From Antedon mediterranea (Eukaryota > Animalia > Echinodermata): a DNA stretch of 64,000 nt. The stretch's first letter is position 1; the number at the start of each line of letters is the position of its first letter. The notes under the pieces were generated by a model that saw nothing but the letters and a program-made list of their open reading frames with translations, had not been told where the DNA came from and searched no databases. Both the position numbers and the translations under genes were made by a program. This document shows positions 38,301-51,068 of the stretch, piece by piece. Where the stretch lies: NCBI RefSeq assembly GCF_964355755.1, contig NC_092672.1, positions 15,686,001 through 15,750,000 on the forward strand, written 5' to 3'.

Positions 38301-38537
38301 TATTTGACCAAATAAATGCTGTGAGAGCAGTTGACTGACTAACAAAAGCGTTATTTATTTTAAAATGTTATAGTGATTTATTTGACCAAATAAATGCATT
38401 GGTAGCGCCTCACAGTTGACCGCTGAATACACCTTACCAATCCATAGACACGGATGAACGCGTTCGTTTCGTTATTGTTATGAAGATCGAACGCATTCGA
38501 TTCTGGAATTGCGACTGCGAGAAATTCACTTTTAACT
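35309..38537. mobile_element. Long-TIR (Kolobok-like) element interrupted by a LINE
   Basis: agttaaaagtgaatttctcgc.gtcgcaattccagaatcgaatgcg.. is inverted at about 38390-38537, with further inverted blocks at 35560-35600 and 38130-38170. Flanks are ttga and ttaa. Confidence 0.78.
35822..37573 (-). mobile_element. Decayed CR1-type LINE ORF2 (RT)
   Basis: PWITTEI, KSPGPDNL, SLTPIVCKIME, QFGFR, FLDFSSAFDKV, GVPQG and FADD, with frameshifts. Confidence 0.9.
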
Positions 38538-39898
38538 TTAATCAAAGAACTTATAACACAAGTGGTTTCTGGTGGTGTTTAGAACGTTTAAAACATCTTC
38601 CTTTTTAGGCCGAAACGGCCCACTGTGTCGCTGTGTCACCTTACCAATAAAACACACTATAGAATAGGGCCTAATAATAATAATTAAAAAAAACAACCAT
38701 CTAATAAACGCCCATCCACATTTATACACTATATATAAAATATTTTATTTTATTTATAACACAATTATCTTAACTGATTTTTTTTTATTGCCAACAAAAA
38801 ACAACATAGGCCTAAACACATCATTGACAAAAGGTGATAAGATTGTAGTTAAAAGAAACTAATCAAAGCTTAACACCAAGTTGCATAAGAAATAGTATAA
38901 TTAAGAAATATGCCATGTTAAAATATATGAAGATAAAGATAAATGTAAAGCTTCAAGTTACTCTAACTATATAAATAGCAAATAATACAAATAACAAATG
39001 TGATAAACTGAAATTCTTAATATACCAGAAATTACGAAACAGTACTCTAAATATATTTATTAAATAAATTTCTTTTAATAATTTCAACAAATTTTTTTCT
39101 AAATGGGATACCTCTTGTTAAAGGAGAGAGAGTTCGTTCCATAATTTGGCCCCATAAAATGAAATTCTATCTTGACCTAAATTAGTACAAATAAATATTA
39201 TAAACAAATTTAAGAACATATAATTCATTTCATTTATAAATATCAAGAATTTTATGTTTAAAGAACAATGGCGGATGTATGATCTCTAAAATGAGAAAAA
39301 GAAATACATCGGAAAATCATTTTTTGAGAAAGAAAATACGTTCTAAATATGGACACACATGAGACTCCTCAACCTTAATGATTTACCAAATTATAGCATT
39401 TGTTATTATTTTTTACCACTTTCATATCTACTAGAGGATTTTATTTGCATAAGAAAGAGGATTTTATTTGATTATAAATGTTAGAATTAGATTATGAGTA
39501 GTCATAATCTCGACTTGGAAGCAGACAACAACGGATAAAATAAGATATAAATCAACAGTGTTACATGAGAACTTGAACTAAGTTTATTCAAAACTTATAT
39601 TATTATATATGTACAGTACAATGAAATGTGATTAAGTTAATAACCAGAAAGGGGAGGGACATTCCACCTATCATGGGACATCAGGTACTCACACACCTGT
39701 CATTAATAAAGGTGCTAAATCAGATGTGTTTAGGCCCTGTTCAGACCCATGGCGTTAGACCGTTTTAGTGTACGACGCTAAAAGAATGTGTGTCTGAACA
39801 GTTGGGGATTAGCGTACAACGCGTCGTACAACGGTTGTAGCGAGTCATTATCATTCCGAGAACCATCGTCTACCTCTCTAATAGTCAATGCAATTTTA

Positions 39899-40917
39899 GG
39901 GCCTGTTCAGACCTACGGAGTTATGCTTTCGTATTGTACGCGGCGTACAAGTCCATAGGTCTGAACCAGGAAAAGATTAGTGGAAGCCACCTCGTACGAC
40001 ACTGATATTTCGTACGCTACGAAAGCTCAAGGTATGAGTTTAGTGGACGTCGCGTACAATACGAAAGTCACGCATCGATGAATATGACCTAGGTTAGATA
40101 TCTAGCCAATCAAATTACAATATTCGCCACATCACATCGTGACATGTGCTCCTCATCGTACAGCCAAGCTGATCCATTTGTTGTGATCGGTGAACGTGCG
40201 AAAAAATCATACCTTTTGTTTGTTGTTACACTAGGTATACAGTATTATTATTATTAATATTACAGTATTATATTAATTAATTTAAAATGTCATCGAAGCG
40301 TGCGCATTGGCGAGAAACCGAAGTAAAATACCTTATTTCATTGGTGGGAAGCCCCGAGTTTAGAGATCGGTTGGAAGTGAAAAACTGGCGTAAAAGCACC
40401 GGCAACAAGATGTCTGTGTTCAACGAAATGGCGGACACGTTAGATAGCAGATGGGCCATCCTCATAATAAAGAAGGATTTAAATTATATCCAAACGAAAT
40501 TGAAGGGGTCGTCGTATAAAGCGGCGAAAGACCGAGTAAATAAGTCTGGAGCCGGTGCAAGTACGGGATTTGAACATTTTTCTGCCATAAATGATATTTT
40601 AGGCCTAGACCAAATATAAACCCAAACCCCAAAACAATCGGCTGGTTGGTATGCCTGACAACCCATCGATAATGCCGAGCCCAAGTGTTCGGTCTAGGCC
40701 TGTAACTCCTACCCCAACCACTACTTTTAATAACAACGAAGGTAGGGCTAGGTCTATACGTGCGTTAGAGTTTGGTTAATCGCCAGCGAGTGACATCATA
40801 TCCGTTTGTAACGCAACTTCGTTGCAATGAATCTGAACACTTTGCTCTTACGACGCTCATTAAAATATGACCTTGGCTGTGATACGAAAGCATAACTCCG
40901 TAGGTCTGAACATACCC
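39899..40917 (+). mobile_element. Non-autonomous PIF/Harbinger element with a Myb/SANT-like ORF
   Basis: TIR gggcctgttcagacctacggagttatgctttcgtat / atacgaaagcataactccgtaggtctgaacataccc, with TTA duplicated at 39896-39898 and 40918-40920. Confidence 0.88.
40287..40619 (+). CDS. Myb/SANT-like DNA-binding protein of Harbinger (probably truncated)
   Basis: HWRETEVKYLISL..VFNEMADTL..IQTKLK..YKAAKD..SGAG..FEHF..INDILG pattern. Confidence 0.7.
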   Translation: MSSKRAHWRETEVKYLISLVGSPEFRDRLEVKNWRKSTGNKMSVFNEMADTLDSRWAILIIKKDLNYIQTKLKGSSYKAAKDRVNKSGAGASTGFEHFSAINDILGLDQI

Positions 40918-41354
40918 TTAATCATCGATGTAATTTTCATTATCGATGCAATTTTTATCGTCGATGTCAGGGCCGTAGCCAGGATCTGTCAAGAGGGTGG
41001 AGTCGGGTCGGAGACTAATTATTTGGGTCGGAGGGGGGGGGGGGGAATGGTACTCTCGCACATTCATGATAAATGGCACCTCTAATTGGCTGAAAAAAAC
41101 AAAACACTTTCATGCATACCAATGAGCAAAACGATTGTACTTTGTTCCTCTCCTCACACACGTAGACTTCTTCTAGTGTAATGTAATGATATACATTTAT
41201 AATTAAGAAATCAACCTTTGTATTAGAATTCAACTAAGTTCACGAACTTGGCCCAGAAAGACCAGTGGAGAAATTATCCAGATGTTTTAATGTCCATTTA
41301 GTTCATAATTAAATCCCACAAGTAAACAGTTTATTTGACCATCGTAAAACAATT

Positions 41355-41507
41355 ACTAAGTTATTTGTGTATAACTAAGGTATTTGTGTATAACTAAGTT
41401 ATTTGTGTATAACTAAGGTATTTACTCCATGGTATAACTAAGGTATTTGTGTATAACTAAGGTATTTGTGTATAACTAAGGTATTTGTGTATAACTAAGT
41501 TATTTGA
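41355..41507. repeat. 19-bp minisatellite (taactaaggtatttgtgta)n
   Basis: About 7-8 tandem copies, one interrupted by actccatg. Confidence 0.9.
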
Positions 41508-41545
41508 CAGCTTTAAGCAAAGATTCGACAGGGCCAATTCATCAT

Positions 41546-41874
41546 TGTAACCTCCCCAGATAAGATCAATCACTCCCACTTAAACACCCCTGGATCAACT
41601 TAGGACCAATCAGTAACCTCTGAGACGACGTAATGCTAATGAACTGAGCCAATATACCCCCAAGTTTCAGAAGAGCGAAGACACACCTCACAGCCACTTT
41701 AACTTCTCCAGAAGAACACCTACACTCACACCTCACCAACAGCATCACTGTATCCTCTGCTCCTGTTTCTATATTGTATTGTATTGAGTATATAACGTAT
41801 TATTGAATAAACAATATATGAGTTACTACAGTCAAGCGAGTAGAGTCTTCATACAAGTCAGAAACCTCATAACA
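41546..41874 (+). mobile_element. Probable solo LTR
   Basis: tgtaac start, taaca end, CCAAT boxes and aataaa near 41806. TSD not resolved. Confidence 0.5.
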
Positions 41875-41979
41875 CTATATTACAATAGATTGACTTATAA
41901 GGGGTTACTATACTAGTGTTTCTGCTGCCACTGCTCAATATACGGTATAAAAATACTGTATAACATACGGTATTTTTTA

Positions 41980-42480
41980 GTACCCCGTTTCTACTAACAG
42001 TACCTCTTGGGTGGTCGTTTTAAAATTCATTACTTTAACCTAAACTGTCATTCATAGAGATGTAGTGAGAGCACAGCTATGGCCCGATCTCCCAATATCT
42101 GGTCCAAAACTTTGTTCTTTCCCCAAATTAATGTCTTTTGAGATGTTGTAGTGCTTTCATAGGCTCTTCAATTTTAAGTTTACTCGTTTTGGAGACAAGT
42201 CTATTCCGTACACCTGCATTATTAATTTTTTAGAAATGTCTTGTGGATGTCCCTTTAATTACCTTTTAGTTGGTCGAACATTTTAGCTTCCCCCACCGAT
42301 TTATAGTAAATACTGTAATGTATTTTCGACGAATAAACAATATCTATACATGTGTGTAAAACAGGTGACAGCGACAGAAAATCAAAACAAAAGACAATGT
42401 TGTTCCCTCATGTCCAAAAAAATACGGTATTTTTTATTGGCAGCAGAAAAGGGTACAAAAAATACCGTATTTTATCCACA
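41980..42480 (-). mobile_element. Harbinger-like remnant with decayed Myb/SANT coding sequence
   Basis: IDLSPKRVNLKLKSL-like sequence, similar to 52840-53330. Confidence 0.65.
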
Positions 42481-43164
42481 ATTTTGTATCTTCACACACG
42501 CGGTCCGAAAATAAACAAAATACTAAAATGGCTATCGCCACCAACAGCCAACTTAGTTGAAACCAGGAACCACACAGTGAACCCGGAAATTACTTCTACA
42601 GAATACGGTTGAAAATCTACCGATGAAATCAGAAATGTTTTAAAACCATTTTATAATATCTTCCTAAGATAGAAATGTGGAACAGTATCACAATAGTGAG
42701 AACTAATGTTATAAAATCTACGTTTCGCGGTACATCTGAGATAGTGAGGTAGGTACTATCCAAGGTGGAGATTTGTCCAAAGTTTTTCCATTGTGCTTCA
42801 TGCCTATGTCAGAATTAAGCATAATTTATATATAGATGGTTAAATAATACACCGTGGTTAGGATTTGTAAATAATATATAAAACAACAATATATATATAT
42901 TATTATTAACAATAAAATATTATTTTAAAATTACATTTAAGTAAGAAAATAATTCATAATCTATTTGCATACAGTACACCTTAGTTTTAACATGGAGAAA
43001 TAAGTTAGTCTTAAGAGATAGGAAGCTAACTTCATGATTAAGTTGTATTCTATTAATGTACTTGGTGTATGCCTAATGAGACCTGGCTGTTTGTGTGCTA
43101 CTGTAGGCTATAACGCTACCCCATTGCAGGGGTTTGTTGTTTCATTTCTTCCGTTTGAAAGTTA

Positions 43165-43640
43165 CATGTATTTATCATATACACAGTATATACTCCAAGT
43201 AAATATAAACATTAAATAAATGTAATATAATTATTATTATTTATATTTATATTTATCATATACACAGTATATATATACTCCAAGTAAATATAAACATTGA
43301 ATAAATGTAATATAATTATTATTATTTATATTTATATTTATCCTATACACAGTATATATATACTCCAAGTAAATATAAACATTAAATAAATGTAATATAA
43401 TTATTATTATTTATATTTGTATTTATCATATACACAGTATATACTCCAAGTAAATATAAACATTAAATAAATGTAATATAATTGTTATTATTTATATTTG
43501 TATTTATCATATACACAGTATATACTCCAAGTAAATATAAACATTGAATAAATGGTATTTTATAATTAATTGTATTTTATATCACATATTGCCTATGGAA
43601 TATTCTAATACACAGTATATATTCCAAGTAAAGATACGGT
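43165..43640. repeat. AT-rich tandem repeat, unit about 82-86 bp, 5-6 copies
   Basis: atttatcatatacacagtatatactccaagtaaatataaacatt recurs in tandem. Confidence 0.92.
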
Positions 43641-43840
43641 AAATATTGAAACAATTTATTTCAATTTTATTGCATATCATTCCAATAAACAAATGTGTGT
43701 GACTGGCTTACTCCATATATTAAGCAGAGGGCATCTCAGTCCACATTAGATGTAAGTAATACTATAGCCTAAAGATGGTTGTATAAAGTAGAGTCCTCAA
43801 TGAGAATACTGTAAAACGAATTTTGATGAAAAGTATGTGG

Positions 43841-46426
43841 TTAATATTTCTCTCTGTTGCTTGGCAGCAGATGTAAAATTGTTGTGCCTATCAAGTTGTA
43901 TAGGCACCATGGATGGTTGTTGTCGCCACTGTCCTTCAACAACATTGTGCGCCCCATTTTGTAGGCACTTTTGCTTCTTAGCATGTTATGCAAAGCAACA
44001 CATGCTAACACTAACGGTTGAAGGTTTTCCGGCCGTATTTTGATCGTCATCAGCATTACACCAAATCTATTCACAAAGATCCAAAATGCATTCTCTGAAA
44101 CCCTCCTAGCTCTTGAGAGATGATAATTAAATATCTCTGTTCTTTTGTTAAATGCCTTAGATGTGGCTTCATAAAGTCCTCCCGCAATGGGAATGCATCA
44201 TCTGCTACAATCATATATGGAACTGTCGTATTTGTTCCAGGCAATGGACTCTGATTTGGTACTCCAAAGCCCCTTTCTCACAGAGCTGTGTGCCAGGAAT
44301 ATTGCGGGAATGTACCATTACCATGCCGGTATGATTTTCTGTGAGAACGGGTCGTCTTGGCATCATGCCGGCATTGACATGACCTGCTTTAGACCTAGTA
44401 ATATACTAGGGATATTCCCCGCAATGCCAGGCGGGCATTCTGTGAGAACGTAATGCTGTTATATTCCGGGGTTATATTTAATTCCCCGTCGAGGCTTTGA
44501 CACCTTGAGTGTTCAAGTGTATCACTTTGGCGCCGATTCAATTCAATTAACAATAATAATGTCGAACTGGAGGGATAATGAGATAAAAGAGCTGCTTAAA
44601 CTAAAGGGACAAAAAGACATTTGTAGCATAATCTATAGGCCATAGCTCTTTGTTGGTGCCTGACCCTTCGTCGCCTTGTAAATTGTTCAGCCTTCTAAGG
44701 TGTTTTACAGATTTCCGATGACGGCTAATTAATTGTTCTACCTGTACATATATGCACAATATACTGTACATAACATGTATTGCATAAATATGCTATAAAG
44801 GAAGATAATAATCTGTAACTTAAAATTCGCTGCCATATTTCGCTAGACAAAAATAATAACAATAAAGGACGCCCTCAATAATTATTTTGTCAGAGACTTT
44901 TTATTGGCCGAATATGCCCGACTCCTTTCTCACAGAAAGCCGGTATAGACCGGTTATATTTCCGGCACGATGGTCCGATGAGAATGGGTATATGCCGGTA
45001 ACGATACCGGCATGACGCCTGCATAATACCGGTATATTGCAGGCACATCTGTGAGAAAGGGGCTCAATTGCATTGTTCTTAAGCCCCACTCAACTGTCAG
45101 ATACACGTCCATTTGTACCAAAGTCGACATATACAAATTTATATGACGAATCTACAAGGGCCATCAGTACAAGGCTAAATGAATTTTTGTAATTAAAATA
45201 TTCAGAACCTGAATTGGGTGGTGGCCGAATACTGATATGTTTTCCATCTAACGTGGGGAAATTTCATTTCATTGGAACTCTTTTGCGATTTCCTTCCATT
45301 CTTCAGATGTTGATGGTGTCTGTAAATATGAATATAAAAATATGATAAACTTTCTAATAAAAATAATAATAATACATCATACCTAACCGACTGATCAATG
45401 CTTTTTTACAGTTGTCAGATTTAGGATTATAGGCAGCACGATGATGATGTATCCAACATGAGCGAAGAAAGTTCAACAAAACCAACAAAAAGAGAGATAG
45501 AGACAATGAAGAATTGAATTTTATTCGTAATCTTACAATCTTAGAATCTCCTTCAAATGCAAGCGAAGAAACAGATGCCGATTTACTTTTTGGTAAGTAT
45601 GTTGCATCAGAACTTAAACAAATACAAAATAAAAAAACCAAAGCAGTTGAACAAAATCAAAAATGATATTTTTAAAGTCAAGATAAAAGATCTAGATTAG
45701 CTTCAAATAATATATATAATATCAAAATGTGCTGTCTAGCCAGTCAAATCACAAATTTGTTTCATTTACAGTTTGCTAGTGTATAGCAAATTAAATTTAT
45801 AGCCTAGAGTACACAGTAATTTACCTTATCTATTGTTCTTTCAAAACAGCGTATATTGCATTACATGTGTCTGGTACAATTTGTATCGGTATGAAAGACT
45901 TTTGATGTTTCACCTGAAATTAACAAATTGTTTGACAAATGAATGGTTTTGCATTAGGTGATCAGATTGTTAATATACTTCATAAACCTGAGAAGGAATA
46001 AATTAAGAATTTGGGTTTTGATGATTTGACCATGTTTACACACCAGTTGCAATCAAACGAAGCGTAATTGCTAATCTTTCTCCTGGAGAAATACTCTGGC
46101 GCCAGTTAGTGTTTTGTTTCTGTATAATGGGCTTGACCAAACTCAGTTGTTGAGTTGTCAAATGTGCCAGTATCCATTTGTAGAAAGTTTCTGTAGGATT
46201 CCTGGTCCTGGAGCTGCAGTTCTTGAATTAAATTTTCATACGCTCCTTCTTGCTGTCGTTTCAGGATCCAGGGCTCTGCTTGCCTTCTTATGAACATCCA
46301 GGCGAAGCTGTCTTGGTGCGGTACTGCAAGTCCAGCTAGCACTCTCAAATTGTTGACTCTAATTGCTACGCTTATTCGGGCTTCTTTTGGTAACAAGAAA
46401 ACTTGAGCTGATAGTATGATTGCCAT
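43841..46426 (-). pseudogene. Spliced PIF/Harbinger DDE transposase pseudogene
   Basis: [89 protein letters not shown] and ACVALHNML. Predicted GT-AG introns at 45914-46043 and 45320-45824. Interrupted by a MITE. Confidence 0.85.
44268..45064 (+). mobile_element. Harbinger-type MITE, copy 1
   Basis: TIR agcccctttctcacaga with a 3-bp duplication (caa), repeated internal ttctcacaga motifs, and a relic MSNWRDNEIKELL. Confidence 0.88.
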
Positions 46427-47699
46427 ACTTCATAGGAAACACTTATTAGGTGGGCAGATTAGATGCTATTTTTAGGTTGAGGTGGCAATGGAAGTACTAA
46501 GCTAGTAGCTTTTTGAAAATATAGGTCTGGGGAAGGTCACAACTCAAAATTACCCAGAATCCTCTTGGGGGAACATGCCCAAATGGCCGCCACTTTTTAC
46601 ATTAAAATGTTGGTTTTCGGAGAATTACATTTAAAAATTGCTTTTCTCCTAAACTAACCAATAATCATTTACACTTACTCTGGTATTGGAAAATGAATAA
46701 AAAAATGAAAAAAATTCAATTATTGCTATGCAAACTAAAAAACACCATTTTCATTTCCATAGCAATGATATAAAATTATACACATTTTCCAATTACTTTT
46801 CATTCCATAATATAAGCAAAAATCATCTGATACTGGTATTTATAAGAAACGCCAATGTGTTTTATCGCCATAGCAACCATTGCTATGTATAGCAACCATT
46901 CCCATAGCAAAAAAAATTAGAAGATTTAAGTTGTCGTAAGTAGAAATAGCTCTATTTTTAGTAGCCCTAATAGTTTTTAAGTAGACATTTTTATCTCACC
47001 TACTAAGGATTTTAACTCAATGAGTCAACGATGGAATGACTACTTCCCAGCTATATAAAACAGATAGTTGATTAATAGTTACTGGCTATTAATTATTTGT
47101 TAACAGTCTATTGATAGGTTATTGGTAGCCCTAGTATAGCTATTATAAGTAGACAGTTGATAGATATGATACTTATAGATTTCTAATAGTTATCTGGTAG
47201 TCCATATATTGTATAAAATAGATAGTTTATTAACAGTTACTGGCTATTATCAGTTTGTTTATGTCTATTAATAGATTGCTGGTAGCCCTTGGTATAGCTA
47301 TTGTAAGTAGAAAATATATAGATATATACAACTGTGTTACTCACAGATTAAAAATAGTGAAAAATCTATCTAATACTATTAGTGGGGATTTTGAATTATG
47401 CTAATGAGGTAAAACCTATTAGGACCTATCTAAAATCTTTTGGAGCTGGGGTCTGTTAGGCATTTGAAATCAGCACTGCTGACTCTTATGGCAGCCCCTG
47501 CATCTAGTATCTGCCTCAGACATATTGGCCTATGCCTTTCCTCTGGTCAAGGTGGGCACTGGACGAGAGAAGCCCTTGATCAATGTTAGGACCAATCAAG
47601 GTGCTTTAAACAGTCCTGGCTTTGTTTGTATCAAACCTGTTAGTGGCGGTAATTATTGCTGTTGGTTTCGTTTGAATAAAAAAAAAAAATAAAAAAAAA

Positions 47700-48062
47700 A
47701 ATAGATACTCCGGTGCAAAACTTTGGAATGTTTTGCCTCACTCATTCCAAAACATACAAAATGTAAATAGTTTCAAAAAGATTGCAAAATATTATTTATT
47801 ATCAAACAATACTTAGAGGCCATGTTTTTTGTTAATATATTTACCTTTAGCAATAGTGAAAATGTATTAATATGATTTATACTGCAATTGATATCATGTA
47901 CCGCTTTACGTTTTATTGTTATTTTCATTTCTGTGTCTTATTTATATGTTTTGTTTGCTTTTGAATATTTTGTTTTTTGGCGTCCCTGACACAAGCTTTT
48001 GCTTTTTTGGTAACGCCATCATTTTGGAAATAAATGTTGATTTTGATTGATTGATTGATTTT
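47700..48062 (+). mobile_element. LINE (Crack/L2-like) 3' end with (ttga)n tail
   Basis: RYSGAKLWNVLP..NSFKK, UTR stem-loop near 47978-48020, aataaa and gattgattgatt. Confidence 0.75.
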
Positions 48063-48134
48063 GAAAAGTGTGAAAAAAAAAAATATGTTTTACCTGCTCT
48101 GACATAACTGTATTTAACACTAAATACATCAATA

Positions 48135-48385
48135 TTTGGGTGGGACTCGAACCCACGTTCTTTAGATCACTAGCCTGGTGTTATAGACCAACAAGCTTGT
48201 GCTGGTAATAGATTCGCATCCAAGGATGCAGTGGGTACTTCACCAAAAGCCTGTACTAATAAGTACATTTAGTTCGAGTCCCACCAGAGATTGTTCTTCA
48301 ATGTACATTATAGTAGTAGTATTTACGTCAGAGGTATATGAACGCTAGACTATTGATCTAGCAGTCATGGGTTTGAGTCTCAATC
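48135..48385. repeat. Cluster of tRNA-derived B-box segments
   Basis: gggactcgaaccc (minus-strand B box) near 48142, gttcgagtccc near 48272, gggtttgagtctc near 48369. Confidence 0.5.
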
Positions 48386-50099
48386 TAGAACTAGAACGGC
48401 ATTCCGAGAGTGCATACCCTACTGTCAAATTCTCCTACTTAAGATGTCATCGGAAAAAATATATATATACTTTTTTTATTTTTGTGTCTTAATTCTTTGT
48501 GTGATTATGCTAATTTCACTACAACCATGTGTATGCGAATTTGGTGCAATGGTAATGTAACCAGGCCTTTTAGTTTCAGTTGACTAACAATAGAATAGCA
48601 ACAACAACGAGTCAATACGCCCAACCCATAACCCCTCAGTGGCAGCTTTACAAATGTAGTTTAAACATTCACAGTACAATATTTCGGTCATGTTGATATG
48701 CCTACCCCAAACTATTATATTAAATAATTATTAAATAATATACTTTAAAAAATGTCCTACTACAATTCTGGTCAATTTGATAGCCTACTACCCCTAGCCC
48801 AAGCACAAATCCCCACCATCCCCACAAACCATCCCCCTCCAAAATCCTCGGACTCAGGAAATTTTGGAAATGTATTTAAAACCTTCCCAATACAATTGCA
48901 GTCATTTTTATACCTCATATGCAGGCAGTAAAAAAAAATTGTATGACAAACAAATGTACAAACTCTCTCGCTTATAATACAGATTTACTTAAACTCCAGT
49001 GTTTTTACCTACAAATTATTAATATTATATAATAGTAAAATAGGTTTGGTGGAAACAGAATGATAAAAATCATTTTTTACACCACAAAAAAGTTTTCTTA
49101 GTTTCGACAACTCATCGAAAAAATATTTCAATACAGCTGACAACTGTATTATTTGGAACATTTTGATACCAGAATTAAGTCTTTAGCAGTAGAACCTACG
49201 TTCTCAGCGTCACACATTTTGTACAGTATATAGTTTTTGTTTATATTGAAACATTGGGGAAATATTTATTTTAAATATAAATTATTTAAATGAAACTGTA
49301 TATATTTATTTTTTAATGTGTGATATGATTTATTGTAGCTGCAGCTGTTTTTTGTATAAAATATTATTATTAATAAATGATTTGGGGGAAAAAGAATGAT
49401 AAAAGTTCTATTTTTACAAAACAAAACCGGTTTTCTGGTAATAATTGTTTTCTGGCAACCTATGGAGAAAATATTTCATTACAGCTAGTAGAAATATTAG
49501 TATTTTGAAAATGTTGATACCAAAATCAAGTACCTAGCATAAGTAGAAATCAACTTGTATGATTATGCTCTTTTTAAGGAATTCAGATATTAAACACAAT
49601 TCTGGTAAATTTTCTTTGTTGCTATGGAGACGAAAGAGGTGTTGATACTTGGTTTGTATGTTTTTATCTAATCACCATATTTTAAAGTTTCCATATATAC
49701 ATTTTAACATAAAAATGATTCCGAACTGCAAATAATATGCAGAGCTTTCTATAATTTTTATTTAATTTTGTGGTGTTTTCACAGCATACATACTTTAAAA
49801 CCCAGCGAAAAAACATTTTTAGAATAAATATATATCTATCAGAAATAACCGAAGAAAGCAACTACCATCCAGAATTGGAATTCAATATTTATGGTGATTT
49901 TCAGTCTTCGTAAGTGTTATTATGAGATACATTTGTTTACTAGGCCAGTTTGAATTTACTAACTGTTGATCAAAAGGCGGTAAAGTGCCACAGAAGAAGG
50001 TCGTTTGTTCACCCTAGCAACAACCGAATCTACCAACGCATCAATAACGCATCAGTGAACACTATTTCTATACCTAAAACCGTTTGTTACTATGACTAC

Positions 50100-50475
50100 T
50101 GTAGAACAAATAAATAGGAACAATGTCAAACCAATATTTGTTAAAGACGAAATTTGTAAAAAAGAATAATACATAAAAGAAGAGGATATATACTTTGCTC
50201 TGAATAATATCATAAACTGTGACCATCTTATTGGAGCCCAAAAATCTATGGCGTATATATATAGATGATCATGGTGAACGAGTAAAAGCAATTTCTTCAG
50301 GTCTCAACATAAAAGGGAAACAAGCTAGCGTGTATGATACGAATCGAAAATGCTGTAAGAATCTTGATGTACCTTTGTCTGTGAGAAACGAAGAAATCCT
50401 AGACGCATTGAGACAACTTGGTTGTAAAACCATGAATGACATACAACATGTAAAATTCTGAATAAATGGGAAACT
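50100..50475 (+). mobile_element. Tx1-like ORF1 fragment
   Basis: LIGAQK..LWRIYI..GLNIKG..VYDTN..VPLSVRNEEILDAL. Confidence 0.6.
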
Positions 50476-51068
50476 ATCAAAGATGCTCTAGAACAGTGTG
50501 GTTATACTAAGTGGACTTTCAAAAAAGTACAAACCGACATGAACACAACTAAAGAATACAAACCTAGGGCAGAATTGGACAAGCCGAACACCAAAACGAT
50601 GGTAGTCATTCCGTATGTAAAAGGAGTAACGGAGGTAGTGCAACGACATTTAAAAAAAGCAGGGGTTGCCACCGCAGTGAGACCTTTGGACACCATCCGA
50701 AAGCAGCTTGTACATCCAAAAGATAAGGTACCACCCCTCAGTATTACAGATTGCGTATACAAGATCCCCGTGCTGGTTGCAACAGATCGTATATCGGTGA
50801 AACAGGACGAAAATTGGGCACTCAACTAAAAGAACATCAAAAGGACGTTGATTTGGTCTTGGAAACCACACACGATCGCAGCGCAAACAATCGCAAACAG
50901 AAGTCAACAAGTCAGCAATCACCGACCGTGCTGCGCAGACAAATCACACCTATGATTGGGACAATTTGAAATTAGTTGACAGGGAATTGGTCAGATTAAG
51001 ACGCTGGGAATCCATCTGGATCAGGAAGACCCCCAATTTTAATAGAGATAAGGGCGGTTACAAACTAG
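50476..51068 (+). mobile_element. Penelope-like element fragment (RT thumb/linker plus GIY-YIG endonuclease)
   Basis: ALEQCGYTKW, VIPYVKGVTE, VYKIP, CNRSYIGETGRKLGTQLKEH, YDWDN and ESIWI..FNRDKG. Confidence 0.85.

Noticed and set aside
39479-39696. Solo LTR
   Set aside because: TG..CA ends and a minus-strand aataaa are present, but no TSD or second copy supports the call.
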